From Clostridia bacterium (GTDB lineage: Bacteria > Bacillota > Clostridia > UBA1381 > UBA9506), in contig JAGBHP010000006.1 in assembly GCA_017935435.1 (NCBI GenBank), positions 2,726 to 66,725 of the forward strand: 64,000 nt of DNA. Direction: 5' to 3'. Below are positions 54,767 to 64,000 of this stretch, one piece after another (position 1 is the stretch's first letter; every line of letters begins with the position of its first letter). Position numbers and translations under genes: made by a program. Below the pieces are notes generated by a model. The model saw only the letters and a list, made by a program, of their open reading frames with translations. It was not told the DNA's origin and made no database searches.

Positions 54767-56848
54767 GTGGCTAGAGAGTTTTCTCTGCAGAAAACCAGAA
54801 ACATCGGTATCATGGCGCACATCGACGCTGGTAAAACCACTACAACAGAGCGTATTCTGTTCTATACAGGTATTAACCACAAAATGGGTGAAACTCATGA
54901 CGGCGGCGCTACGATGGACTGGATGGAACAAGAGCAGGAAAGAGGTATCACAATTACTTCTGCTGCTACTACTGCACACTGGAAAAACCACAGAATTAAC
55001 ATTATCGACACACCCGGACACGTTGACTTTACTGTTGAGGTTGAGCGTTCACTTCGTGTACTCGACGGTAGCGTAACCGTTCTTTGTGCTAAAGGCGGCG
55101 TTGAGCCTCAGTCTGAAACTGTTTGGAGACAGGCTGATAACTATCGTGTACCCCGTATGGCTTATGTTAATAAGATGGATATTATGGGTGCAGACTTTTA
55201 TAACGTTGTACAGATGATGAAGGACAGACTTCATTGTAATGCTGTACCGATTCAGCTTCCTATCGGTAAGGAAGAAACCTTTAAGGGTTTAGTTGACCTT
55301 GTTTTAAATAAGGCATTCGTATATTATGATGATTTAGGAAAAGACATCCGTGAGGAAGAAGTTCCTGAAGATATGGCTGACTTAGTTGAAGAATACAGAA
55401 CCGCTCTTTTAGAGTCTGTTGCTGAAACAGATGAAGCTTTAATGGAGAAGTATTTTGAAACTGGCGAGCTTTCAGAGCAGGAAATTAAGACTGCTATCAG
55501 AAAGGCTACTATCAACAATGATATGGTACCTGTACTTTGCGGTACTTCATATAAGAACAAGGGCGTTCAGAAGCTCTTAGACGCTGTTGTTGACTATATG
55601 CCTTCTCCTGTTGACGTTCCTGCTATCCGTGGTGTTGTACCGGGCACAGAAGAAGAGATCGAAAGTCCTTCATCTGATGATGCTCCGTTTGCAGCTCTTG
55701 CATTTAAGATTATGACAGACCCGTTTGTTGGTAAGCTCTGCTTCTTCAGAGTATACTCGGGTACGCTTAATGCAGGTTCAGCAGTTCTTAACTCTACCAA
55801 GGATAACAAAGAGCGTGTAGGTAGAATACTTCAGATGCACTCAAACGAAAGAAAAGATATCGATATGGTATATTCAGGCGATATCGCCGCTGCTGTTGGT
55901 CTTAAGAACACAACAACAGGTGATACCCTCTGTACACCGGATCGTCCGATTATCTTAGAGTCAATGGAATTCCCTGAACCTGTTATCAGGGTTGCTATTG
56001 AGCCTAAGACAAAAGAAGGACAGGAAAAAATGGGTATCGGTCTTTCAAAGCTTGCTGAAGAAGATCCGACATTTAAGACTTATACAGACGAAGAAACCGG
56101 ACAGACAATTATCGCTGGTATGGGTGAGCTTCACTTAGAGATTATTGTTGACCGTCTCCTTCGTGAGTTTAAGGTTGAAGCAAACGTTGGTAAGCCTCAG
56201 GTTGCTTATAAAGAAACTATCAGAAAGACTGTTGATATTGAACAGAAATATGCAAGACAGTCTGGTGGTAAGGGTCAGTATGGTCATGTTAAGATGACAC
56301 TTGAGCCATTAGAGCCGGGTGGCGGATACGAATTTGTTAACAAGATTGTCGGCGGTGCTATTCCTAAGGAATATATCCCCGCAGTTGACGCAGGTGTTCA
56401 GGGAGCTATGCTTTCTGGTGTACTTGCAGGCTACAATGTTGTTGACGTTCGTGTAACACTCTATGATGGTTCATACCACGAAGTTGACTCATCTGAAATG
56501 GCGTTTAAGATTGCAGGTTCTATGGCATTCAAAGATGGTTGCCGTAAAGCAGATTGCGTATTAAAAGAGCCTATCATGCAGGTTGACGTTGTTGTTCCTG
56601 AAGAGTACATGGGTGACGTTATGGGCGACCTTAACTCAAGACGTGGACAGATTCAGGGTATGGAAGCTCGTCCCGGTGCGCAGGCTATTCATGCTTTCGT
56701 TCCGCTTTCCGAAATGTTCGGTTATGCAACAGAGCTCCGTTCAAGAACACAGGGTCGTGGTCAGTATACCATGCAGCCCAGCCACTATGAAGAAGTTCCG
56801 AAGAGCATTCAGGAGAAAATTATTTCTGAAAGAGTTAAAAAGGACTAA
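54767..56848 (+). CDS. fusA: elongation factor G
   Basis: [21 protein letters not shown] and DTPGHVDFT; 693 aa; GTG start. Confidence 0.98.
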   Translation: MAREFSLQKTRNIGIMAHIDAGKTTTTERILFYTGINHKMGETHDGGATMDWMEQEQERGITITSAATTAHWKNHRINIIDTPGHVDFTVEVERSLRVLDGSVTVLCAKGGVEPQSETVWRQADNYRVPRMAYVNKMDIMGADFYNVVQMMKDRLHCNAVPIQLPIGKEETFKGLVDLVLNKAFVYYDDLGKDIREEEVPEDMADLVEEYRTALLESVAETDEALMEKYFETGELSEQEIKTAIRKATINNDMVPVLCGTSYKNKGVQKLLDAVVDYMPSPVDVPAIRGVVPGTEEEIESPSSDDAPFAALAFKIMTDPFVGKLCFFRVYSGTLNAGSAVLNSTKDNKERVGRILQMHSNERKDIDMVYSGDIAAAVGLKNTTTGDTLCTPDRPIILESMEFPEPVIRVAIEPKTKEGQEKMGIGLSKLAEEDPTFKTYTDEETGQTIIAGMGELHLEIIVDRLLREFKVEANVGKPQVAYKETIRKTVDIEQKYARQSGGKGQYGHVKMTLEPLEPGGGYEFVNKIVGGAIPKEYIPAVDAGVQGAMLSGVLAGYNVVDVRVTLYDGSYHEVDSSEMAFKIAGSMAFKDGCRKADCVLKEPIMQVDVVVPEEYMGDVMGDLNSRRGQIQGMEARPGAQAIHAFVPLSEMFGYATELRSRTQGRGQYTMQPSHYEEVPKSIQEKIISERVKKD

Positions 56849-56966
56849 TTCTGAATATTTTGCCTAAAAATCAGGTAAAACACTTGATTTTTAGGAATAA
56901 ATGTTATAAAATAATATAAAAATAAAAAACTAATTTACAAAATAAATTTTAGGGAGGAAATGTAAA

Positions 56967-58169
56967 ATGGCAAAAGCTAAATATGAAAGAACCAAACCGC
57001 ACGTTAACATTGGTACCATTGGTCACGTTGACCACGGTAAAACAACTTTAACTGCTGCTATCACAAAAGTATTAGGTCTTAAAGGACAGGCAGACTTCAA
57101 AGCATACGATCAGATCGACGGTGCTCCTGAAGAAAGAGAAAGAGGTATTACAATTTCAACAGCTCACGTTGAGTATGAAACTGACAATCGTCACTACGCT
57201 CACGTTGACTGCCCTGGACATGCTGACTATGTTAAGAACATGATCACAGGTGCTGCTCAGATGGACGGCGCTATTCTCGTTGTATCAGCTGCTGACGGCC
57301 CGATGCCTCAGACAAGAGAACACATCCTTCTTTCAAGACAGGTTGGCGTTCCTTACATCGTTGTATTCATGAACAAAGCTGACCAGGTTGACGATCCTGA
57401 ACTCTTAGAGCTCGTTGAAATGGAAATCAGAGAACTCTTAAACGAGTATGAATTCCCGGGAGATGATACTCCTATCGTTTGTGGTTCTGCTTACCAGGCA
57501 CTTTCTTCAGACGCTACAGATCCGAGCGCTCCTGAATACGCTCCTATCTTAAAGCTCATGGATGAAGTTGACGCTTATATCCCCACACCTGAAAGAAAGA
57601 CAGACCTTCCTTTCCTTATGCCTGTTGAGGACGTATTCTCAATCACAGGTCGTGGTACTGTTGCAACTGGTAGAGTTGAAAGAGGTACTTTAAATCTTAA
57701 TGACGAAGTTGAACTCGTTGGTCTTGCTGACGAATCAAGAAAGCTCGTTGTTACAGGTATCGAAATGTTCAGAAAGCTTCTTGACAGCGCTGAAGCTGGT
57801 GATAACATCGGTGCGCTCTTAAGAGGTATTCAGAAGAACGAAATCGAAAGAGGACAGGTTTTAGCTAAACCGGGTTCAATCAATCCTCACACAGCTTTCA
57901 AAGGACAGGTTTACGTTCTTACTAAAGAAGAAGGTGGACGTCATACACCGTTCTTTAACAATTACAGACCTCAGTTCTATTTCAGAACAACTGACGTTAC
58001 TGGCGTAGTTAAGCTTCCTGAAGGAACAGAAATGTGCATGCCCGGTGATAACGTTGATATGGAAGTTGAACTTATCACTCCTATCGCTATTGAAGAAGGC
58101 TTACGTTTCGCTATCCGTGAAGGCGGAAGAACTGTTGGTTCAGGCGTTGTTACAGCTATCAATAAGTAA
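56967..58169 (+). CDS. tuf: elongation factor Tu
   Basis: [24 protein letters not shown] and DCPGHADY. Confidence 0.99.
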   Translation: MAKAKYERTKPHVNIGTIGHVDHGKTTLTAAITKVLGLKGQADFKAYDQIDGAPEERERGITISTAHVEYETDNRHYAHVDCPGHADYVKNMITGAAQMDGAILVVSAADGPMPQTREHILLSRQVGVPYIVVFMNKADQVDDPELLELVEMEIRELLNEYEFPGDDTPIVCGSAYQALSSDATDPSAPEYAPILKLMDEVDAYIPTPERKTDLPFLMPVEDVFSITGRGTVATGRVERGTLNLNDEVELVGLADESRKLVVTGIEMFRKLLDSAEAGDNIGALLRGIQKNEIERGQVLAKPGSINPHTAFKGQVYVLTKEEGGRHTPFFNNYRPQFYFRTTDVTGVVKLPEGTEMCMPGDNVDMEVELITPIAIEEGLRFAIREGGRTVGSGVVTAINK

Positions 58170-58192
58170 TTAACGTTTCTATTTTATATAGC

Positions 58193-58227
58193 AAAAGCCG
58201 TTTGTGAGAAATCACAAACGGCTTTTT
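58193..58227 (+). terminator. intrinsic terminator after tuf
   Basis: AAAAGCCGTTTGTGA-GAAA-TCACAAACGGCTTTT. Confidence 0.9.
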
Positions 58228-58328
58228 GCAATAATGTTTGTTTGCGGCTAAATTTTGCAATTTTAAAAGAATGCAAGCTTTAGCACAAAATTTTCATAAA
58301 GGAAAGCGCAACAAAACGGAGGAAAACT

Positions 58329-59201
58329 ATGAAAAAGGAATATTTATATGCGGGAACATCCATACTTTTGTGGTCAACAGTAGCTACTACAACAAAGCTT
58401 TTGCTTGGTAACCTTAACAACTTGCAGGTTTTGTGGATAAGCGCATTTTTAGCAGGACTATTTTTGCTTATTGTAAATATTTTCAATGGAAAAATCAGAA
58501 AACTTAAAAGCTATACGGCAAAAGATTACCTCATTTCTGTACTTGTGGGTATGCCGAGTACGTTCTTTTACTATGTGTTTTACTACGCAGGGGCAGATTT
58601 ATTGCCTGCATCCCAAGCTTTTATAATAAACTATCTTTGGCCTGTTATGAGCATAGTTTTTGCGTGCGTTATTTTAAAGGAAAAAATTACGCTGAAAAAA
58701 GTAATTGCCGTTTTAATTTCATTTTGCGGCGTGGCGATAGTTGTAAGCGGTGACATTATGAATTTTAATACAAATATGCTTTTGGGTGCGATTTTTTGTA
58801 TGCTTGGCGCAGTTTCTTATGGTATATTTACCGCACTCAGTCAAAAGGTTGATTACGACAAAAGTAACACAAATATGCTCAGCTATTTTGCAAGCTTCAT
58901 TTTAACAAGTGTAATTAATTTTGTAAACGGAGATTTGTTTTTGCCAGGTGGCTTTGAGCTTTGCGGTTTTATATGGAATGCCGTGTTTACAATGGCAATT
59001 GCAAATACTGTGTGGGTTTGCGCTCTGGCTAAAGGAAATACCGCTAAAATATCAAATCTTGCGTACATAACCCCGTTTTTGTCGCTTGTGTGGACAAGCC
59101 TTATACTTAAAGAAACACTTGCTCTTTCTTCCGTTGCAGGTCTTGTTGTAATCGTTTTAGGAATTGTTATACAGCTAAAAGATGAAAAAACTAAAGTGTA
59201 A
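58329..59201 (+). CDS. DMT-superfamily (EamA-like) transporter
   Basis: 290 aa, about 10 TM helices in two EamA halves. Confidence 0.8.
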   Translation: MKKEYLYAGTSILLWSTVATTTKLLLGNLNNLQVLWISAFLAGLFLLIVNIFNGKIRKLKSYTAKDYLISVLVGMPSTFFYYVFYYAGADLLPASQAFIINYLWPVMSIVFACVILKEKITLKKVIAVLISFCGVAIVVSGDIMNFNTNMLLGAIFCMLGAVSYGIFTALSQKVDYDKSNTNMLSYFASFILTSVINFVNGDLFLPGGFELCGFIWNAVFTMAIANTVWVCALAKGNTAKISNLAYITPFLSLVWTSLILKETLALSSVAGLVVIVLGIVIQLKDEKTKV

Positions 59202-59207
59202 TTTTAA

Positions 59208-59259
59208 TTAAGCCACCCCCAAAAATTAGAGTAAAATCTAACTTTTGGGGGTGGCTTAA
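59208..59259. terminator. bidirectional terminator between the EamA and XRE genes
   Basis: TTAAGCCACCCCCAAAA-loop-TTTTGGGGGTGGCTTAA. Confidence 0.85.
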
Positions 59260-59276
59260 TTGATGCTACGTTAATA

Positions 59277-59513
59277 TTAATCTCTGAAATCAAATAAATC
59301 TTTTTCTGATATGCTTAGAACATCACATATTTTAAATATTACATCCAGGGAAGCTCCAACATTTCCAAGTTCAATTGCACTCATATGACTTCTGTCAATA
59401 TCAATAAGTTCGGCTAACTGCATTTGTGTGTACCCTGTGCGTTTTCTGTAAAATGCAATGTTTAATCCTAAGTTTTTGTAATTTCTTACATACTCTTTGT
59501 TCACTTTAGTCAC
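59277..59513 (-). CDS. XRE-family helix-turn-helix transcriptional regulator
   Basis: R...G.TQ.QLAELI.IDRSHMSAIE HTH_3 motif; 78 aa. Confidence 0.85.
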   Translation of the reverse strand: MTKVNKEYVRNYKNLGLNIAFYRKRTGYTQMQLAELIDIDRSHMSAIELGNVGASLDVIFKICDVLSISEKDLFDFRD

Positions 59514-59586
59514 CTCTTTATAATTGTACCAACTATCTTGTGAGTATTAAACCTTGTAAAATAAGTTAAATGACTATTGACACAAG

Positions 59587-59615
59587 TCGTAATATGTGTT
59601 ACACTATAAGTGAAA
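59587..59615 (+). promoter_or_regulatory. promoter of the zinc-ribbon/OB gene (divergent from XRE)
   Basis: TTGACA, 17-nt spacer, TACACT. Confidence 0.5.
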
Positions 59616-59638
59616 TAAAAAACAAAGGAGCATGTAAA

Positions 59639-60178
59639 ATGTCAAACAAAATGATTAAATGTAAAAATTGTGGTAATGAAATTAATGTAAAAGCAGCAGT
59701 ATGTCCTAATTGCGGAGTAGCCAACAAAAAGCCTTTCTATAAAAAAGGCTGGTTTATTGCGGTTGTATGTATTGTTATAATTATAGCGATTACTTCAATG
59801 GGTGGAAGTGATGAGAATACGAATACAGTTCAAAATACAATTGACAATTCTGTGTCTAACGAATATACGGATTTTTCAGTTTCTCAGTTGGTTAGTGATT
59901 TGGAAAATAACGCTCTAAAGGCTGAAAATACTTATAAGGATAAATATGTTAGATTAACAGGTAAGCTTTCTAACATTGATGCAGGCGGAAAATATATTTC
60001 TATTTCTCCAAATGATGGAAGTTTTACTTTATATAATATTCAATGCTACTTGAAAACCGAGGAACATAAAAATACCGTTATGAATATGTCTATTGGAGAT
60101 ACAATAATTGTAAAAGGCAAAATAACAGATATTGGTGAGATTTTTGGCTACCAAATGAACGTTGATAGCTTCGAATAA
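59639..60178 (+). CDS. zinc-ribbon, single-TM, OB-fold (tRNA_anti-like) protein
   Basis: CKNCGN...CPNCG ribbon, one TM helix, C-terminal YKDKYVRLTGK...GDTIIVKGKI OB-like domain. ATG 59639 after AAAGGAG. Confidence 0.65.
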   Translation: MSNKMIKCKNCGNEINVKAAVCPNCGVANKKPFYKKGWFIAVVCIVIIIAITSMGGSDENTNTVQNTIDNSVSNEYTDFSVSQLVSDLENNALKAENTYKDKYVRLTGKLSNIDAGGKYISISPNDGSFTLYNIQCYLKTEEHKNTVMNMSIGDTIIVKGKITDIGEIFGYQMNVDSFE

Positions 60179-60499
60179 AATAAAAGTATACATAAAGGCA
60201 GCATCACTTTTGTGATGCTGCTCAGACTGTCGAAAAACTCGTTCTACCGCAAGAATCATAATTTATAAGAAGAAAACAAAAAAATTTAACAGAAAAATAG
60301 AATGGAGTACTTCTTTTAAAAAGCGCTCCATTGCTTGCTTTTTGCGAACTCAAACTCTACCGTACCCTCGTACGCCGACGAATTTGAGTTCACAAAATAT
60401 AACTTCGTTTTTCAAAGTCTGCTCAGTTTGATGTTATATCTATGAATAATTATTCATTTTGTAATATATTGTAACATCTTATACTTCATATTTATTTCA

Positions 60500-60579
60500 T
60501 GTAGGGCACAGCGTTTACGATGTGCCGAAAACGGTTCGTACCCGATGGGGCAGACCCTCGGAAATCGCCGAACCCTACA
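60500..60579. repeat. REP/BIME-like unit pair (third island)
   Basis: TGTAG[GGCACA/TGTGCC]...GGTTCG-GTACCCGATGGGGCAGACCCTCGG-...CGAACCCTACA. Confidence 0.75.
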
Positions 60580-60696
60580 TCATAAACTTTTAGATGCTAC
60601 AAGGTAGTAGGGGTCATACGTGTTTGCACCTACGGTTTTAGGTATTTATACATAGTAAATGTTTATTAAGACTCTTCTTTTTTTCTTTCAAAATGT

Positions 60697-63558
60697 TTAA
60701 TTTTTTTCTTCGTTATTTTTTAAAGTAGGCTCAATAAATTCCAAAACCTCGCAATTTTCTTTTGAAATTACCATAATTAAGCCGAAATCAGGAGATTTTA
60801 TATTCCACGCTTTTCCGTTATCGACGCTTGTTACATCAAGGGTTTTAAAATCATATCCCAAGCCTTTTAATATTTCAAAAGCTACATTTTTTGCCGTTTC
60901 ACTATCGGGAATAATTCCGCTTTCTAAAACAGGGGCAGGGATTAATTCCTCAAATTCAGGATTATCTTCTTTTTTTGCCTCGGTTACGGTAATCAGTCTT
61001 TCTTCTGGATTCCAGTTAACGTTAAAGCCAAGATTTTCTGCAATAAATCTGAGAGGCACAAATGTGCGCTCGTCTGAAATCACGGCGGGGGAGTCTAATG
61101 CGATTTCTTTGCCGTCTACCATAGCTGTTTTAGAGTCTATGGTAAGCACAATTTCTTTTTCGCCTAAACTTGCTTTAACTTCTCTTGTATCAGCTTTAAA
61201 ATCAACTGTTGCGCCTAAGTTTTCTAAAAGCGCACGCACAGGAACCTGTGTTCTGTTGTTTGAAATAAAGGGCAAAACGTCAGGCACTACAATTTTGTTC
61301 TTTATATTTAACATTATTTCGTTTTTGAATTTGGGAATATCTATCGTTTTACTTTCGTTTACAACAATTTTGCCGTTTGATGTACCGATTGATAAAATAT
61401 CCTCTTCAAAAGTTAACTTTTCCCACGTAACGCAGTTTTCGGAAAGGTAAAGCTCATTTTTATCGGCATAATAGAAATATTCGCCGATAGTGTCTACATA
61501 TTTTGGTGCGTTTTTTGCAAAAATTACGGGCGTAAAGCTTTCGCCGTTTTCGGTGATATAAAGGGTCTTATCCTTGTAGGCTACTGCAATATTTTTACTT
61601 TCGGCAAAAAGAGGAACACTAAAGCCTGGGAGAAATTCGTTCCAGTTTACGCCGTCTTTGGAGTAAAAATTTCCGTTTTTAGTAGAAACATAGTATTTTC
61701 CGAAGGCATAAGAAACGTCTTTTGGGAAAAAGTCAAACTGCTTTTGCGAAATTACATTAAAGTTTTCGTCTAAAATGTAGAGATTGTTGAAATACTTTAA
61801 GGTTTCAGCATAAAGCGAGGGCGTATCTAAATATGCCGAGCATCTTGCGGTGTAACCTTTTCCGGCACGTCTTATTTCATAGTCATTCCACTTGTTTTCA
61901 AAAAGTGCGGTGGTTTTAACATCAATTTCCTGCTTTGTAAAGGTTTTATTGTCAGGCGAAATGAAAAGCTCGCCGTTTTCCCACTTGTAATATTCGCTTC
62001 CTGTAAAATTGGACTTTTTAAGGTATGGCGAGGTTTTTGTTTCTTCAAAAACAATTTCTGTCGGAATATCGGTTACAGAAAAACTGTTTTCCATACCGCC
62101 TGCGCAGTTTGTGGGAAGTGTAACCTCTAATATAAATTCCGTTGTTTTGCCGTCGGGAAGCTCAACACAGGCTAAGGTATCTAAAACCTTGGTGTCTGTT
62201 TGACCCTTTGTGACGGTGTAAGGAGTCAGATAATTACCGTTAATATCCCTTACATTTATGAGATTGTCGGAGGTTGTTTTTAAATGATAGTTAAAATATC
62301 TTGTTTTTCCGCTTGTGTTTTCGATTTTTAAGTGATAATTTGTTTTAACGCCGTAGTTACCTAAATTACAACCAAAGCCTGAGTTTTCACGTGCCGTTGT
62401 AAGAGGGTAGTTTGGTATATATTCGCTTTTTTTGTAGCCTGTAAATTCTTCACCGTCCCAGTTTGTTGTATCGCTGTGGAAACAGTCAAAAACCCATACG
62501 TCGTCTTTGTCGGGTTCACGCACAAATGCACCGTAATAATCGAGTTTAGAGCTATCTTTATATTTAAACGAAAGCATGTCGGATTCTGCACATAAATCTC
62601 TTGACCAGATATCCTCCTGCGGATTAAGATGCGTAAACCATTTGTTTAAGGTGTTGCCGTCAGGCTGGAATTGATTGTAAACCGTCACGGGAAGAAAAGT
62701 TCCGCCAACAAAGTATTCGTCGATGGTGTAGCTTAAAACATCGGAGGTGACGGAGGGCAGAGTGTCCGCAATTCCTTTATACTGCCTGTCACGGTAATAT
62801 TTACCGGGATGTGCGTTTTTTACGTGAGCGCTTCTGTCGCCAAGAGCGGCTTTTGAGCGAAGTGCGGCGATGTTTATATCCATAGTGCCTGAAATAATCT
62901 GCACATCTGCTAAAATCTGCACACCTTTAAGCCACGGAACAGAGCGGTAATTTTCTATAAATTCACTCAGCCATACAGTGTCGCCCTTTTTTAACTTTAT
63001 GCTTTGAGGGGTAAACTTGTGCGGAAAATACTTAACAGAAGAATTTTGTTGATAAATGGGTCTTCCTGTATAATCGCTAACGGCGGTAAGACAAGACCAC
63101 GGGCGGTCTTTTTTGGTTAAAACACCGTTTTCAAAGTAAATGTCATAGTCGGTGACGCTAAAGCCGATTGCGTTTATTTTAAGCACAGAGCTTTCTTTAG
63201 CATAAAACTCTACGTCAAGCTCGATATCAAAACCCTGTTCGTCTATTACGTTGGTGGTTTGAAAACGGGTTTCTGTTCTGTTTATAAAAGAAAGATATAA
63301 ACTGTAAGCATCGGAAGAAAGTCCTTCGTTTTTCATTATATACTCAGGTGTGGGGTTTGAACTGTCCGTAATATGCGAACGCAAAATCCCTTCATTATTA
63401 TTTACGTAAATAAACTTACCACCGCCGTCGGGGGTGAATTTAAGGTCTTGCGCATATATGCCGTCAAAATATTCGTGCTTTATGGCATTTGCAGGCACAA
63501 AAAGAGCAAAAATAAGCGTAAAACAAAGTAATAATGCAAAAAATCGTTTCGTAAACAT
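60697..63558 (-). CDS. secreted 953-aa protein with Asp-box-like repeats and a copper-amine-oxidase-N-like (stalk) domain
   Basis: Signal peptide MFTKRFFALLLCFTLIFALFVPANA. SKDGVNW, SENCVTW and TENGESF repeats. VPVRALLENLGATV...FVPLRFIAENLGFNV domain. ATG 63558 after AGGAGG. Confidence 0.7.
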   Translation of the reverse strand: MFTKRFFALLLCFTLIFALFVPANAIKHEYFDGIYAQDLKFTPDGGGKFIYVNNNEGILRSHITDSSNPTPEYIMKNEGLSSDAYSLYLSFINRTETRFQTTNVIDEQGFDIELDVEFYAKESSVLKINAIGFSVTDYDIYFENGVLTKKDRPWSCLTAVSDYTGRPIYQQNSSVKYFPHKFTPQSIKLKKGDTVWLSEFIENYRSVPWLKGVQILADVQIISGTMDINIAALRSKAALGDRSAHVKNAHPGKYYRDRQYKGIADTLPSVTSDVLSYTIDEYFVGGTFLPVTVYNQFQPDGNTLNKWFTHLNPQEDIWSRDLCAESDMLSFKYKDSSKLDYYGAFVREPDKDDVWVFDCFHSDTTNWDGEEFTGYKKSEYIPNYPLTTARENSGFGCNLGNYGVKTNYHLKIENTSGKTRYFNYHLKTTSDNLINVRDINGNYLTPYTVTKGQTDTKVLDTLACVELPDGKTTEFILEVTLPTNCAGGMENSFSVTDIPTEIVFEETKTSPYLKKSNFTGSEYYKWENGELFISPDNKTFTKQEIDVKTTALFENKWNDYEIRRAGKGYTARCSAYLDTPSLYAETLKYFNNLYILDENFNVISQKQFDFFPKDVSYAFGKYYVSTKNGNFYSKDGVNWNEFLPGFSVPLFAESKNIAVAYKDKTLYITENGESFTPVIFAKNAPKYVDTIGEYFYYADKNELYLSENCVTWEKLTFEEDILSIGTSNGKIVVNESKTIDIPKFKNEIMLNIKNKIVVPDVLPFISNNRTQVPVRALLENLGATVDFKADTREVKASLGEKEIVLTIDSKTAMVDGKEIALDSPAVISDERTFVPLRFIAENLGFNVNWNPEERLITVTEAKKEDNPEFEELIPAPVLESGIIPDSETAKNVAFEILKGLGYDFKTLDVTSVDNGKAWNIKSPDFGLIMVISKENCEVLEFIEPTLKNNEEKN

Positions 63559-63757
63559 AGCTACCTCCTGAAAAAACGTCATATTTATTTATATTTTAAC
63601 ACAATATAAGCACATTGTAAAATAATTTATTAAAAATACTTGTTATTTTACTTGAAATTTGATAAAATATAGAGTGTATAGATTTATTTTGGTGCGTCTT
63701 TACAGTCTGCGGTAAGGAAAACGCAAAAAATAAGCAGACAGAAAGGTTACGGAGAAA

Positions 63758-64000
63758 ATGGAAAGAAAAATCCTTGTTGTTGACGACGAAAAACCTATTG
63801 TTGATATACTTCGCTATAATCTTGAAAAGGATGGATTTGCCGTAATTGAGGCAAATGACGGCGCAAGGGGATTAGAGCTTGCGTTATCTGAAAAACCCGA
63901 CCTTATTTTACTCGATATTATGCTTCCTAAAATGGACGGCTTTGATGTTTGTAAAAAAGTAAGAGAAAAAAGCGATGTGCCGATTATTATGATTACGGCA
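63758..64000 (+). CDS. OmpR-family response regulator (WalR/PhoP-like), C-terminus beyond window
   Basis: KILVVDDEKPIVDIL...DLILLDIMLPKMDG receiver domain. Confidence 0.88.
   Translation, partial: MERKILVVDDEKPIVDILRYNLEKDGFAVIEANDGARGLELALSEKPDLILLDIMLPKMDGFDVCKKVREKSDVPIIMITA

Noticed and set aside
59277-60178. Prophage remnant, toxin-antitoxin or defence module around the XRE gene
   Set aside because: There is no integrase, phage structural gene, nuclease, ATPase or toxin-like partner. The neighbour is a membrane zinc-ribbon/OB protein of a kind common in Firmicutes accessory DNA. The evidence is insufficient for any defence-system call.

Overview
AT-rich core-chromosome window from a spore-forming Clostridia-type Firmicute, inferred from spoIIR, a SCIFF peptide, type III glutamine synthetase and NfnAB. 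About 80 genes are supported. The centre (27.1-43.0 kb) is a complete S10-spc-alpha ribosomal protein supercluster, rpsJ to rplQ, including secY, adk, map, infA and rpoA. A separate L7Ae-rpsL-rpsG-fusA-tuf operon lies at 53.3-58.2 kb. The flanks are housekeeping or metabolic: yajC, SCIFF plus radical-SAM maturase, dus, GH88, pfk, glnN, csp, purC, an IclR-controlled keto-deoxy sugar acid cluster with dgoD, tsaEB, rpiB, dCMP deaminase, putP, glxK, azlCD, typA, nfnAB, galKT, dacB-like and hpf. A small accessory-looking end carries an XRE regulator, a zinc-ribbon/OB protein and a 953-aa secreted protein. Two real genes fall below the 60-aa cutoff of the ORF track: the SCIFF precursor (1476..1616) and rpmJ (39928..40041). 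I found no defence island, CRISPR array, prophage, tRNA or rRNA. The unexplained signal is non-coding. (1) Three GC-rich intergenic islands (about 7.09-7.83 kb, 11.40-11.89 kb, 60.50-60.64 kb) are built from GTAG-headed palindromic units arranged like REP/BIME elements. (2) Two of these islands contain a roughly 135-150 nt four-helix module whose two copies differ by compensatory stem changes. (3) Three consecutive minus-strand genes (YpsA-like SLOG, csp, glnN) are each preceded by a consensus promoter followed by a terminator hairpin. The SLOG gene has a roughly 245-nt nested-helix leader that matches no riboswitch I recognise. All calls come from reading the sequence; no database or covariance-model search was run.
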